Source: a virus
DNA length: 64,000 nucleotides
Direction: 5' to 3' (one strand)
Virus record (IMG/VR): IMGVR_UViG_3300037010_000793
Span: 12,845 to 76,844 of that record
The notes beneath the pieces were generated by a model, which saw only the letters and a list, made by a program, of their open reading frames with translations, did no database searches and was not told the DNA's origin. The stretch's first letter is position 1, and each line of letters starts with the position of its first letter. Below, one piece after another: positions 29,871-40,295 of this stretch. The position numbers and the translations under genes are program-made.

Positions 29871-30263
29871 TTAATCCAAAATAATCTGATAAACTTCATC
29901 ACTTAATCCTTCTCTATTAAGAGAATGTATTTTTGAGTCTAGAATTGTACTTACATACCAGGAATGGTTACCAGGAACAAAACGTCGACTGATTACAACG
30001 ATAACATTCTTATACCTAAGCTCAATAGTACAGTACCGTCCTTGAACCATTGCAAAAATAAGCTCGCATAGCTTATGCCTATATGTTTTATTGAGTGCAT
30101 CAAAGCAATAATCGACAGATAAACGACGTTGCTTAGCACGACTTAATATATGATCACGTGCTAATCCAAAATCAATACTAACTGAATTTAATAACGATTT
30201 ATACTTATTGCAAACAATGTTAAATGAGTTAATATAAACATCGTCAATAGTTTTAGCTGCCAT
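29871..30263 (-). CDS. hypothetical protein
   Basis: AAGGT RBS, 130 aa. Confidence 0.65.
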   Translation of the reverse strand: MAAKTIDDVYINSFNIVCNKYKSLLNSVSIDFGLARDHILSRAKQRRLSVDYCFDALNKTYRHKLCELIFAMVQGRYCTIELRYKNVIVVISRRFVPGNHSWYVSTILDSKIHSLNREGLSDEVYQIILD

Positions 30264-30340
30264 ATTATTACCTTTTATTATGTTTCAAAAACTAAGCAAG
30301 TAAGTTATTGTTTATCCAAAATGTCTAACAAAATTAACAT

Positions 30341-30700
30341 CTAGATATCTTGATAATCCCATGCGTTAGGAGTATGGTGTTTAACGAAATGTTTATAAGC
30401 TAGTTGAGAGGTTGCAACAACTCTTTCTTCAAAATCGCCTTTAACTACTCCATGTTCTGGATGAACTGCGTTAAAACGGTTAACCCATTTAAAGTAATCC
30501 TCCGACACTTTACCTGTAATTGTCCAACCAGAATCATTCTCACCTAAGTGCTCAGGATCTAATGTGCAAGCTGAATAAAAATGAAATTGAGCTTTTAAGT
30601 CATCTTCAGTTAAGTCAACAACCCATTGCTTGTTATTCTTCACAGCAATCCTCCCAACCTTCATAGCTAAACTCGTTGTAATGAACAGGGAATTTAGCAA
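30341..30700 (-). CDS. hypothetical protein
   Basis: start probably near 30643. Confidence 0.6.
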   Translation of the reverse strand: MLNSLFITTSLAMKVGRIAVKNNKQWVVDLTEDDLKAQFHFYSACTLDPEHLGENDSGWTITGKVSEDYFKWVNRFNAVHPEHGVVKGDFEERVVATSQLAYKHFVKHHTPNAWDYQDI

Positions 30701-31007
30701 AGTTGTTAAGGTAAATTGTCATCTTGTTTGATGGGTAAAATTCACCGTTATCTTCAACAAAGATATAGGTTACTGCAAATCTGATCATTTTTTGTAATTC
30801 ATTCAGACCTGAATCAGCATGAAGCATACGACGAAAATAGTAGATTGCATCAAGTTTACTATTTGCAACCATTGACTTATAATGATCTTTAATATTATTG
30901 TTTCGATAATCAATAGATAAACACAATTTAGCGTATTGATTTACAGTTAAATTATCTTTTGCTACATTTTCATCTAGATATAACATTGAAATTGAGCAGA
31001 TATACAT
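30633..31007 (-). CDS. hypothetical protein
   Basis: AGGA RBS. Confidence 0.6.
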   Translation of the reverse strand: MYICSISMLYLDENVAKDNLTVNQYAKLCLSIDYRNNNIKDHYKSMVANSKLDAIYYFRRMLHADSGLNELQKMIRFAVTYIFVEDNGEFYPSNKMTIYLNNFAKFPVHYNEFSYEGWEDCCEE

Positions 31008-31044
31008 TTTATTTCTTCCTATTGTCTTGTTTGGGCTAAAGCTA

Positions 31045-31434
31045 TTACAAGCCTAATGCTTTACGTTCTTCTTCAGATAATTTAGCAATTGCCTGCTTCT
31101 TAATTTCGTTTAATCGAATCTCTTGCTCTAGTCGAATCTTTGCAGATTCTAGCCAGCCTTCAACGGCCTCAATAGCGTCCAGTTCCGAGCTATTCAATAT
31201 TGTTGATGGCATATCAAACAAAAGAGGGTACTTATCGCCTGAAGTGGTTATAATTTGACATGCTTGCGGCACATTTTCGTGATTATTAATTAACCCAGTA
31301 ATGAATGCATCTGCTGAAATAGATGAGGCAATCGCTTTTACCACTCGCATATACCATTCTTTCTGGATAAGCTCAAGTTGTGCAGCTTGTTGGATTTCGT
31401 ATGCGGTTCGAGCTGCCTGTTTTTTGGTTGTCAT
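31045..31434 (-). CDS. hypothetical protein
   Basis: C-terminal AKLSEEERKALGL, common in phage early proteins. Confidence 0.7.
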   Translation of the reverse strand: MTTKKQAARTAYEIQQAAQLELIQKEWYMRVVKAIASSISADAFITGLINNHENVPQACQIITTSGDKYPLLFDMPSTILNSSELDAIEAVEGWLESAKIRLEQEIRLNEIKKQAIAKLSEEERKALGL

Positions 31435-31454
31435 TTTGATTTCCTGTTCTCTGT

Positions 31455-31502
31455 TTGCTTAACTTATGGATATTATAACATAGCTCTATGCAAAAGTATA
31501 CG
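31455..31502 (-). promoter_or_regulatory. early-promoter repeat, family A
   Basis: minus GTATACTTTTG-N-TATGTTATAATATCCATAAGTTAA. Confidence 0.75.
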
Positions 31503-31575
31503 GTTTACCAGTATAAAACACAAATAAATTGCAATTCTTCAATGAACTCAATATTCCAAGCTAATTCGTACATGT

Positions 31576-31887
31576 TCATGCGCCACATTCAAACGAATAA
31601 ATTGCATGATTCAGCGTGATGTACGCTTTCCAAATTTTAACGACGTCTAACGGGAGTTCCGCTAATACGTTATCAAACCTATCGTCATCAGAAACGCTGG
31701 TTGTGATATACCCAACACCAGTTTTATTATCGATACGAATCAACGAACCAATTTTGTATCTATTGTCTGGGTGAATATTGCATTCTCTCAGTCGCTCTAA
31801 AATAATCTTATCAACAATAGCCGACAAGAGTTCTTGCGAATCAATCTCGACATCAACAGCCTGTTTTGCTTTGGTTTTGATAATCAT
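31576..31887 (-). CDS. hypothetical protein
   Basis: GAGG RBS. Confidence 0.65.
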   Translation of the reverse strand: MIIKTKAKQAVDVEIDSQELLSAIVDKIILERLRECNIHPDNRYKIGSLIRIDNKTGVGYITTSVSDDDRFDNVLAELPLDVVKIWKAYITLNHAIYSFECGA

Positions 31888-32031
31888 TTACCATTCCTCT
31901 TATACGGTTTAATACTCAATGTCTTACTCGAAAAGTATTTGAGTTCCAGAAAAGCGCCAAAAGGCTTTTCTGTCCAAACTTTAGTTTCTCTAAACAGACA
32001 CTTCACATGAAACAACATCCCGTCTAAATAC

Positions 32032-32490
32032 TTAGGCTCTTTCGTTCGAATACACAACCTCTATCCCTTTCGAACAACACACGCTGTCGAAAATCAACGA
32101 AGCATCATAGTCTACATATTCATTCTCAACATCGTATTCTACAGTATGTAATATGTCTCCAATAGGACTTTTGATTTCCGCGATATGTCTGTATGTAGAT
32201 CCATATAGGCTAACAGAAGTTATATCCAACGATATACGAATACCAGACCCAATACAATGGGAATATTCATCAGTGTTGATATACGCAGACTCAACACCAT
32301 AAATAACAGCAATTGCAAATAACAACTTACTATCTTCATTACCATCCCATTCACCGCCACCAAAGTGACCATCATGTTCGAATGTGTGAGTGATGGCATC
32401 ATAGGCTATGGTGAATGATGACATATCGCACCATCCGCAATCTTCACAATCAAACCCATCGTGTTTTGTATGGATTTCAATCTTGTTCAT
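32032..32490 (-). CDS. hypothetical protein with CxxC motif
   Basis: DCEDCGW. Confidence 0.65.
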   Translation of the reverse strand: MNKIEIHTKHDGFDCEDCGWCDMSSFTIAYDAITHTFEHDGHFGGGEWDGNEDSKLLFAIAVIYGVESAYINTDEYSHCIGSGIRISLDITSVSLYGSTYRHIAEIKSPIGDILHTVEYDVENEYVDYDASLIFDSVCCSKGIEVVYSNERA

Positions 32491-33172
32491 TTAGTGTACC
32501 ATCATCTATAATAAAATTGGATAGCGTGCGTCTAATTCGCCCCATAATATACGAGTTGTTTTCTTTATATGCAATCAGATAAAATGCACCAAGAATTGCT
32601 TTAGCTGTTTTCTTCAATACAATACTGATATTCATATCAAATTGACAGATTTTAGAGTAGTTTGAGAAGTCTTGTTCGGTCAAGACTATACCTGTAGCAC
32701 AAATCTGTTTACCCCAATATTCTACATCGTATAATGTATCATCTGGGTCGAACTCGTCTGGATTCGGTAGGGTGACTTGATTGTCGTACCTACCATAAAA
32801 TTTAGCATGTTCTTCATCCCACAACATCTCACCGAGTTTCTTTGGATCGAACTCGTGACCAACCCTAGTATATAGATCGGATAGGTGGTTGTACCTAGTG
32901 GCAATATTCTCTTCGATTCTATCATCGTTACCGTAATCGTCGTTGGAAAAATCTCGTAAGTATTCTATTGTTGTGTTCTCTGAGTAGAATATATGAAACG
33001 GGATACTTCTACCATATGAAACTCTAACCACGAAGTTACCTTCTTTGATCGAATACTCGTACCCATTACCAATAACAAACAATAGATGCCGCATCACATG
33101 GATTGGGTACTGGTTAGTGCTGGGGTAGGTAGTCTGCGATTCTCTAATAAACTGCGCTAACCAATTGTCCAT
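32477..33172 (-). CDS. hypothetical protein (intact paralog of 48700..49403)
   Basis: long stretches of nucleotide identity to the 48.8-49.4 kb copy. Confidence 0.75.
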   Translation of the reverse strand: MDNWLAQFIRESQTTYPSTNQYPIHVMRHLLFVIGNGYEYSIKEGNFVVRVSYGRSIPFHIFYSENTTIEYLRDFSNDDYGNDDRIEENIATRYNHLSDLYTRVGHEFDPKKLGEMLWDEEHAKFYGRYDNQVTLPNPDEFDPDDTLYDVEYWGKQICATGIVLTEQDFSNYSKICQFDMNISIVLKKTAKAILGAFYLIAYKENNSYIMGRIRRTLSNFIIDDGTLNEQD

Positions 33173-33211
33173 TTTATTACCTTTACTTGTTACAATGTTA
33201 TTAATAGAATA

Positions 33212-33553
33212 CTATGATCCAAGCCAAACAACATCATTACCAGTGTATTGATATAAGATGTCTTCTAGACACTCTAAGAATGAATCACCAAATCCAACAA
33301 TACCATATCCGTTTGCATATCCAGGGATACCCATAAGTATGAGTTCACCTTTGAATGTATCTTGATTTTCTTTGAACCAGATATAGATGGTATTGATGTG
33401 CCTAATGCCTTTGCCATTATCATAATCCTTGGTTAAAGAGAATGTATCAACGATTGGGAGTACTAAGCCATTTGAGTCAGGCTCTTCTGTTGGATTTGGG
33501 TTATCAAAAATAAACACCCGATTGCCATCGATAAGATAGTATGTATTTTTCAT
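33212..33553 (-). CDS. hypothetical protein
   Basis: directly downstream of a promoter repeat. Confidence 0.65.
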   Translation of the reverse strand: MKNTYYLIDGNRVFIFDNPNPTEEPDSNGLVLPIVDTFSLTKDYDNGKGIRHINTIYIWFKENQDTFKGELILMGIPGYANGYGIVGFGDSFLECLEDILYQYTGNDVVWLGS

Positions 33554-33575
33554 GAATGATATATTCCTATGTTCT

Positions 33576-33621
33576 GTTTAACTTATGAGTATTATAACAT
33601 AAACAATGTTTAATGTAAACA
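33576..33621 (-). promoter_or_regulatory. early-promoter repeat, family A variant
   Basis: GTTTAC...TATGTTATAATACTCATAAGTTAAAC. Confidence 0.7.
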
Positions 33622-34032
33622 TCATTTTCTCCCACAGAAAACTGAAAACACTTCATCGTAGTACGCATCCATATCATAATCGAACAAATCTGGACCAGTG
33701 ATATATTGTGGAGCTTTGTATCTAGCTCGTGTGTACGTCTTAATTTTATCAAGTTCCTTCGATCGAACCCAATCATCATACGTCTTCAGCCATTCAGTTG
33801 TATATACGAATCGTCTCCATCCAGGTTGGGTTACATCATGAACAATCCAACCATCAATATCTTCATGTAATCGTTGAATCTTTATGGTTTCCTCTGAAGA
33901 TAATAAGTCGTTTCCCGTTTCTAGAGACTGCCAAATTAAAAAATCGACTCCAATATACCAACTAGCGGACCAGGTACACTCAGAAACTTCACTCATCAAA
34001 TCCGCTAATTTTTGTTGCTTTTCAGTCAACAT
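33622..34032 (-). CDS. hypothetical protein
   Basis: MSEVSE..W.ASW pattern. Confidence 0.65.
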   Translation of the reverse strand: MLTEKQQKLADLMSEVSECTWSASWYIGVDFLIWQSLETGNDLLSSEETIKIQRLHEDIDGWIVHDVTQPGWRRFVYTTEWLKTYDDWVRSKELDKIKTYTRARYKAPQYITGPDLFDYDMDAYYDEVFSVFCGRK

Positions 34033-34067
34033 ATCAATACCTGCCTGTTACCGTAAAATGATCCGCA

Positions 34068-34466
34068 TCATTCATCACATTCTTCATCATAGTTGGTAGG
34101 ATCTGAATAATAGAACATATCAATGTTAGGAATGTTTTGAGTATATTCACCATTCTTTCTAACAATGTGTTCGACCACTGCAGCAATAGAACCTGCTAGA
34201 ATGGTTTTAATTTCTTCAGTCAATTTACCAGAATACCCACGATTTACAAATGCTTTAAGTTTTTCAAATTCTGGGTAAATGCCCAGCATACCAAATTCTT
34301 GCACCAGAAAGTTGTATGGGCCTGATGTATTGTTACTGAATCCGTTGTTATACCCGTCGTAGTTAATCTTATTGACGGCTCGTAAATATTCTCCATCTAG
34401 TGTAGTACAATTGCCTTGATTAGATACTAACGCATTATATAGACTTTCAAAAACTTCTTTGCTCAT
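34068..34466 (-). CDS. conserved phage hypothetical protein
   Basis: GEYLRAVNKINYD.YNNG. Confidence 0.7.
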   Translation of the reverse strand: MSKEVFESLYNALVSNQGNCTTLDGEYLRAVNKINYDGYNNGFSNNTSGPYNFLVQEFGMLGIYPEFEKLKAFVNRGYSGKLTEEIKTILAGSIAAVVEHIVRKNGEYTQNIPNIDMFYYSDPTNYDEECDE

Positions 34467-34505
34467 TTACATTTCCTAGTTGGTTGTTATTGTATATACA
34501 TGTTG

Positions 34506-34778
34506 CTAAAACTTTTTACCCATTCTTTGTTGCCGGCTCAACATTTGTTCACATTCTTTTAACCAATCCCACAACTTCTTGTTCTCTCGAACCAAAGCAG
34601 AAACATCAAGAGGTTCAGGTGATTTGATGTATAGCGGAGTTACTTCCGAAATAGAAACCAAATTCTCGTCAGGCTTTTCTTTGGTTACCTGATATCGAAT
34701 ATCACCCCGATCATCGACATATTTGAAGCGTTAGAAAGCGGGTTCATCTCTTTTAGCTGGCTCTGGGGTGTTAATCAT
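34506..34778 (-). pseudogene. hypothetical gene with in-frame TAA at codon 16
   Basis: MINTPEPAKRDEPAF*RFKYVDD...GKKF*, 91 codons, GGAGG RBS. Confidence 0.6.
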
Positions 34779-34782
34779 TGTC

Positions 34783-35145
34783 TTACTCACCTCCTATAAC
34801 ATGAACAAGAAAATGGTTTAATCCATGGGCGCGGCGTTCAACCAGATTATAGTTTTGATTGTAATCAGTACCATGGCGAATAAATTTCAATAACCATCTA
34901 TGTTTAACAGGAATGAGCAGTGGTTCGAATGCATATAAGCTTTTAACATAATTATTAAATTCAATAAATGATACGTTAGACGATCGCACATAAGGTACAT
35001 GCATAATTACTGGTATTTTAACCATTGTTAGTCCTTTAATACCATCTGTAGTCGAAATACCAGGTACCGTAGTTAATACAACTACCAGTAAACAACGGTC
35101 ATCAAATACTGACTTATACAGTTTGCGTAATTTTTGTAACATCAT
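34783..35145 (-). CDS. hypothetical protein
   Basis: AAGGA RBS. Confidence 0.6.
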   Translation of the reverse strand: MMLQKLRKLYKSVFDDRCLLVVVLTTVPGISTTDGIKGLTMVKIPVIMHVPYVRSSNVSFIEFNNYVKSLYAFEPLLIPVKHRWLLKFIRHGTDYNQNYNLVERRAHGLNHFLVHVIGGE

Positions 35146-35314
35146 AATATTCCTTAGTGGTGCAATAAAGCTTTAAAAATCTCGGCTATTACCGATGGTA
35201 ATACTTCAAAAATAAATTCAAAAACAGGCCCGATAATAGAACTGTTATCCGACGAGTTTTGGTTCCGTACGTCGTCGACCCCGTCTTGACGAAATAATTT
35301 AAACACATAAGCCA

Positions 35315-35779
35315 TTAATAATATTCGTCTAATCTAACAAACCATCTTTTAAACGATTCCATATCGCCAAACACTGGGATATCATATCGCTCACACACAA
35401 TATCTACGTTACCCTTTCGGTAAAACCCAGCAGGACAAACAACAAAAATGCTCTTATCTTTAAACAGTCCAAACTCTAATAAACTAATTGGTGATTTAGA
35501 ATTTGGGGCAAAATACATCAAGATGTGATCGCATTTCTCAAGGTGATCAAGCTCCCAAAGAACTCGTTCTCGGAAAGGTCCATCGTCCTTTCCTTGCTTC
35601 CATGAATTATTCCAATCTAACCATCGAGGATTGTAAACGTCTATACCTTGATTAGTAAAATAATCAGTAATATCACGCCGCCAATCATCGCCAGGGACCA
35701 TATCAATACTACCAGCTAAGAATACAGATCTGTTTTTGCTTGATGTTCTCTCAAGTGAATAATATCTTCTACCGCTCAT
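35315..35779 (-). CDS. nucleoside 2-deoxyribosyltransferase-like domain protein
   Basis: VFLAGSI, WR, YNPR, WEL, SPISLLEFG, GFYRKGNV. Confidence 0.82.
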   Translation of the reverse strand: MSGRRYYSLERTSSKNRSVFLAGSIDMVPGDDWRRDITDYFTNQGIDVYNPRWLDWNNSWKQGKDDGPFRERVLWELDHLEKCDHILMYFAPNSKSPISLLEFGLFKDKSIFVVCPAGFYRKGNVDIVCERYDIPVFGDMESFKRWFVRLDEYY

Positions 35780-35789
35780 TTAGTACTCC

Positions 35790-36455
35790 TTACATTCCAA
35801 CAAATAGCGCTGTTAATTTCAAATCTTCTTTGTTTTCAAAATAACCATTAGCTGGATTTGAAATAAGAACAAAATAATCAGGAGCAAGCTCAGTAGAAAT
35901 GCTATAGTTATCACCATTACATCTAGACGATGTCTCTTTATCCCACTTATCATAAGCGCGCTTCGCAAATTCTTTATCGGTGAACACAGCTAGTACTTCG
36001 CCGTTACCTTTTGATTGACCAAAAGAGTTACTGGTTGAATATTGAATCCAAAGAACGTATACAACAGCGCCATCTTTGATTTCAGCTTCGGAATAAACAG
36101 GAAATGAATCCCAACCATATTCGTTTGTTTTATCATCAATAGATGCGTTATCTACTGTAAAAAACCAGTCTTCAACCCACTCGCCCCACTGTTCACCAGA
36201 ATGATATGAACTAGTAATGTGATGGTTAGAATAAATCCATACTTTCTTGAAGGCTGGTCTGAACAGTTTATCATACTGTCCAGACAAATCATCGAACCCA
36301 TAATCTTGGCATAGATAAGTAAGACTAGTATAAGTGCTCTGCTTACGTTTGGAGGCTGGACGAATATGCCATTTATCACAATCAGCAGTGATTTCGTAAT
36401 TAATGCCGTTATGTTTAACCTTAATTAAATTCTTTTCGATTTTTAAAATTTTCAT
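35790..36455 (-). CDS. hypothetical protein
   Basis: YSTSNSFG...GYFE motif; 221 aa. Confidence 0.7.
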   Translation of the reverse strand: MKILKIEKNLIKVKHNGINYEITADCDKWHIRPASKRKQSTYTSLTYLCQDYGFDDLSGQYDKLFRPAFKKVWIYSNHHITSSYHSGEQWGEWVEDWFFTVDNASIDDKTNEYGWDSFPVYSEAEIKDGAVVYVLWIQYSTSNSFGQSKGNGEVLAVFTDKEFAKRAYDKWDKETSSRCNGDNYSISTELAPDYFVLISNPANGYFENKEDLKLTALFVGM

Positions 36456-36560
36456 TTTCGTTTCCTAAGTAGGATTTAACAAGATCAGTTACTTCACTAA
36501 CAGTATACTTTAACAAATTATAATACACAACAAATGAATAGTAAACAACTTCAGAAAATA

Positions 36561-36764
36561 TTACTGATTGTTTTTACAAAGCACACTGTCTGCAAATTCG
36601 TTAATTGAAATGCCGCTGGCATTTGTAAGCACTACGTTAGTTTTATCAAAATCAACTTTGCCCGTATCAAGGTCGACTCTTACCTGAAAAGGCGTACCAG
36701 CAGCAGATATAAACAAAGGCGACCAGCTAGAATAATTAACTGGGTTATCATTTTTAGTAGACAT
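36561..36764 (-). CDS. hypothetical protein
   Basis: GGAG RBS. Confidence 0.55.
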   Translation of the reverse strand: MSTKNDNPVNYSSWSPLFISAAGTPFQVRVDLDTGKVDFDKTNVVLTNASGISINEFADSVLCKNNQ

Positions 36765-36848
36765 GTTATCTCCGTCTAGTTGATTTAGTTATACAATTAG
36801 TAAGTTGAACGGTAACAGCGAATTTAATGTACGTGTTACCTAGAAGAT

Positions 36849-37073
36849 TCAATCCCCGCACGGTGAACCACTAGATGAACAGCATGATGAACCAGATCCG
36901 CAAGACCATGAGCTGTCAAGATAGCTATCATGATTAACCTGATGGCTGGAATCATAAGATTTGTTTCGTGTATTGATCTTCTTATAATTCTGTTTAATTG
37001 AATAAGCAAGCCAACCCAATACCAAAGCAATCCCGATAAACCCAAGTATTGTTAAAATATATCCTTCTACCAT
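36849..37073 (-). CDS. membrane-anchored peptide with Cys/Ser/Gly-rich tail
   Basis: N-terminal TM; SSWSCGSGSSCCSSSGSPCGD. Confidence 0.6.
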   Translation of the reverse strand: MVEGYILTILGFIGIALVLGWLAYSIKQNYKKINTRNKSYDSSHQVNHDSYLDSSWSCGSGSSCCSSSGSPCGD

Positions 37074-37074
37074 T

Positions 37075-37443
37075 TCATTTTCCTATAATACATTGTTGAT
37101 TTGCATCATATGTTGCAGAGCATGGTGAGTCCATAAAATAATTAATGCTAAATTCACTTATTTGATTTTCAACGATTTTAATCTTATCGTTAACGTCAGA
37201 GATGTCTTTCAAAATAAGCTTTTGTTTAACATCATATTGATAAAGATTTGTCAACCACTCAGCATCAGCTTCGTGACATGCTCGAATATTGACATACTTC
37301 ACACCTAAATCAAACATATCGATCCCAATCACCAACCCATCCGAAACGTATCGAGTTGAACCAATTTCGCTCTTAGCTTCGGCTTCTGGATACATAGATA
37401 GAATTTTGCGAAAGTAATCATCATTGACTTGTGTTGTGAACAT
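37075..37443 (-). CDS. hypothetical protein
   Basis: GGAG RBS. Confidence 0.6.
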   Translation of the reverse strand: MFTTQVNDDYFRKILSMYPEAEAKSEIGSTRYVSDGLVIGIDMFDLGVKYVNIRACHEADAEWLTNLYQYDVKQKLILKDISDVNDKIKIVENQISEFSINYFMDSPCSATYDANQQCIIGK

Positions 37444-38086
37444 CTTTTATCTCCAAACTAACCGATACACCTTCTTCGAATCTAACAAGATTGACTAACG
37501 AGTTCTTTGGTTTGGTTTGCTTTCGAATGCGGGTACGAACCTCTGGTGAAACTTCGACATTAATCGGACCATTCCAATCTCCTTCATACTCGCATTCTAT
37601 GTCAGCTTCCCACAACTTTGTCCTAGGATTCCAAGTCGGCTTACTATGAAATGCAAAAACGTCATAATCAACACGGTAACTAGCTCTAGGAAAAACTCCA
37701 TCAATAGCGATATAATTATACCCATTAGGAACTTTGACAATTTCACCCCAAAAGTAAAAACTACTAATGTCAGCATGTTCTGGATTCGACTGACATTGAT
37801 CTTGGTCTTGAATTGTTGGTATTTTTGAGTTCATGGCTAATTTTTCCATTAATTGTTGGTGTCGAACACTGTAAACTTCTGATGCTAATTTCTCACTGAG
37901 AACATTGAACATATCGACAGGAATATTATATTCTTGCGAATATTGGTCTACAACAGCATAAAATGGGTCAACTTCGTATAGGAAGCACCCGTCATCGTTT
38001 AACCCAGTTTCATACGCATCGATGATTTGTTCGAGTTGGTCGCTAGTGAATTGGCTGGCGATTAGATATTGTCGAATGTTCATCAT
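37421..38086 (-). CDS. hypothetical protein
   Basis: GAGG RBS, promoter upstream. Confidence 0.65.
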   Translation of the reverse strand: MMNIRQYLIASQFTSDQLEQIIDAYETGLNDDGCFLYEVDPFYAVVDQYSQEYNIPVDMFNVLSEKLASEVYSVRHQQLMEKLAMNSKIPTIQDQDQCQSNPEHADISSFYFWGEIVKVPNGYNYIAIDGVFPRASYRVDYDVFAFHSKPTWNPRTKLWEADIECEYEGDWNGPINVEVSPEVRTRIRKQTKPKNSLVNLVRFEEGVSVSLEIKDVHNTSQ

Positions 38087-38178
38087 TTTGGTTTCCTCAT
38101 CAGGATTTAGTAGTTAAATTTAAGGTTTCCATCAACTTGTAATTATTATAACCTAAGTCATGAGAAAAGTAAATAGAT

Positions 38179-38635
38179 TTAATGGTTATCGTTGTCAATA
38201 ATCACAGTGGTTCCTGTATTGAATACGAAAGTTGATGATGCTTTCGTCAGAATAAAAAATTTCATCAGTGATTCCAACCGATGCATGGTCAACATAAGAT
38301 GAGGGGTATGTTCCCACCCACAACACATTGTATCCTAAGTATTCAGAAATAACATAATTGAGTTTATCGAAAATGCTTTCATCATTAGAATCAGTTTCAT
38401 CAATGTATGCTGCTTGTGCATATAGATAACTGAGACGGTCTTCCCAATTGGTTAATGTTTCTATGCCCCAACCAAACGCACCGCCAACAACCAAAATTGT
38501 ATCGGACTCTTTGTCGTATAAAATTGATGTTTCTACTTCAACAGGTTTTCGTAATTTCGAAGGGTCAGTTCCTAACGTGAATGAGTGAGAAGAACTTGAG
38601 TTGGTCTCAAACGTAGAATTGCGGATTTGTTTCAT
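38179..38635 (-). pseudogene. 'FETNSSSSH' family protein, frameshift near 3' end
   Basis: MKQIRNSTFETNSSSSHS; removing one T near 38228 gives IINFVFNTGTTVIIDNDNH*. Confidence 0.65.
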
Positions 38636-39508
38636 TGTACTTTTACCTTTTCAAAAATTTCACGGATTGTTAGATTATCTAAGCTGTGTCGAATTGGAGA
38701 AGTTGAGCTAACAGCAAATTCACCTTTCTCCGCATCGATATACATAGTGTGTGACCCGTCAGTACCCATATAATATGTATCATAATCCGACCAATTAGCC
38801 AATACACGCTTTGGGTTCAATTGTTCAATTGCTAAATTGTCAAAAGATAATTTAGCTTCATGTACAGCATTGAATAATTTTCGATACCAAGTCATAATGC
38901 ATGCTTGAACCTGTTTCTCTCTAGTTTCGATGTAACGAGAACCTCGACGGAAGTTCTTGTATCCTAATAGCAACACCTTACCTGAATTTTTACTGACGAT
39001 GTTGGATAATTCTCCGTAAGGAGTCACCCCAACAATAACATGATTGACCGCATGTTCATAATCCCAAACAAGCGGAGTCTTAGTGTAAGAATAACCACCC
39101 CCTTTAGATGACCATTAGAAATCAATCGTTCTAGACGTTTACGTTCATCTGCGAAATGGAATTCATTCACAGTAACATTACAAATTTTACCTTGATTTGA
39201 TAGTTCCTCAACAAACTCATCGAACCCAGCATGAGCTAGTGGATTACCGCCACCAATGGCGATTTCAACACCGGCCGGTAATTGCGAATATAGGTCGATG
39301 ATTTTAGATAAATCTGGGACTTCATTCCCTTCGTTGTCGAGTTCTCGTGACACCAAGCACAACCAGCATCACACCAACCATTGATCTTTACATCCATAGA
39401 TTCTGGGAATTCTACGTAAGGTGTTAAGACATCTGTCATTCTGATCTTGGTTCCATCTTTGTGGATTTCTACTGACCACGAACCATTGGAATATTCATGT
39501 AGTTTCAT
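38632..39508 (-). pseudogene. radical SAM enzyme split by two frameshifts
   Basis: CDAGCAWC (CxxxCxxC), AIGGGNP, NVTVN, LLLGYK, MYIDA spread over three ORFs; shifts near 39328 and 39095. Confidence 0.8.
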
Positions 39509-39885
39509 TTTCTATCCTCCACAAGATAGATGATATGTCTAATTCTATCACGAGTTATATCATGATCGACGTCCGCTCTACCAGAAAGAAGATCTTGTAA
39601 GAGAACATACATAGCTGGGGCGCTTTTGATCAATCTTGTATTAGCTTCTTGCATTTTAATATCAGAAAAACCGCACGATTGAATAGTCATTTCACCCCAA
39701 AATAGAGTTGGATTTAAATCTTCAATGTCATGCCTGCCACAAAATGTGAATATCTGCATATTTCTCGGGTCTTTAAAAACGACATGTACACTGCGATCCT
39801 CTATAAGAACTATTGTACCCCATCCGCAGAGTATAGACCAAACACGATCACCTATTTGTGCATTTTCAAATGTATTCATTGACAA
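39505..39885 (-). CDS. 'TFE.A..GD.V.S..GWG' family member with a different C-terminus
   Basis: TFENAQIGDRVWSILCGWG...LFW; C-terminal ANTRLIKSAP. Confidence 0.7.
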   Translation of the reverse strand: MSMNTFENAQIGDRVWSILCGWGTIVLIEDRSVHVVFKDPRNMQIFTFCGRHDIEDLNPTLFWGEMTIQSCGFSDIKMQEANTRLIKSAPAMYVLLQDLLSGRADVDHDITRDRIRHIIYLVEDRK

Positions 39886-39908
39886 ATTCCTTTTATTGTT
39901 TTGTAATA

Positions 39909-40211
39909 TTATCCAATGAAACTGTTCTTCAATTTCAAAAACTTAGCTTTACGGTAACGCTTAGCATTACGCAATCCATAAGCCTGACAGCGACCATTTT
40001 CCACAGGAAAAAACGTGTAATCATTAGTAGAACTATCAGAACACAGCACTGCCATAACAGGGATGTCTCCATAGTCGCGGTGAAACATGCGGCGCAAACG
40101 CTTCTTGGTACTAGGGTGAGTGTTATAGTTGCTAGCAACCAAACAAGTACCTTTGGTCTCGATGATATGGCGAGAGTTATTTAGAAAGTGAGAAGATTTA
40201 GTACCGCTCAT
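39909..40211 (-). CDS. basic hypothetical protein
   Basis: downstream of a family B promoter. Confidence 0.55.
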   Translation of the reverse strand: MSGTKSSHFLNNSRHIIETKGTCLVASNYNTHPSTKKRLRRMFHRDYGDIPVMAVLCSDSSTNDYTFFPVENGRCQAYGLRNAKRYRKAKFLKLKNSFIG

Positions 40212-40235
40212 ATTATGTTATCCATATCGTTTAGT

Positions 40236-40295
40236 GTTTGTTCATTTGTTAGATATATTATAACAAGAACATGAGCGAATGTAAATAGCAAAATG
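40236..40295 (-). promoter_or_regulatory. early-promoter repeat, family B
   Basis: TTTAC...GTTATAATATATCTAACAAATGAACAAA. Confidence 0.7.
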
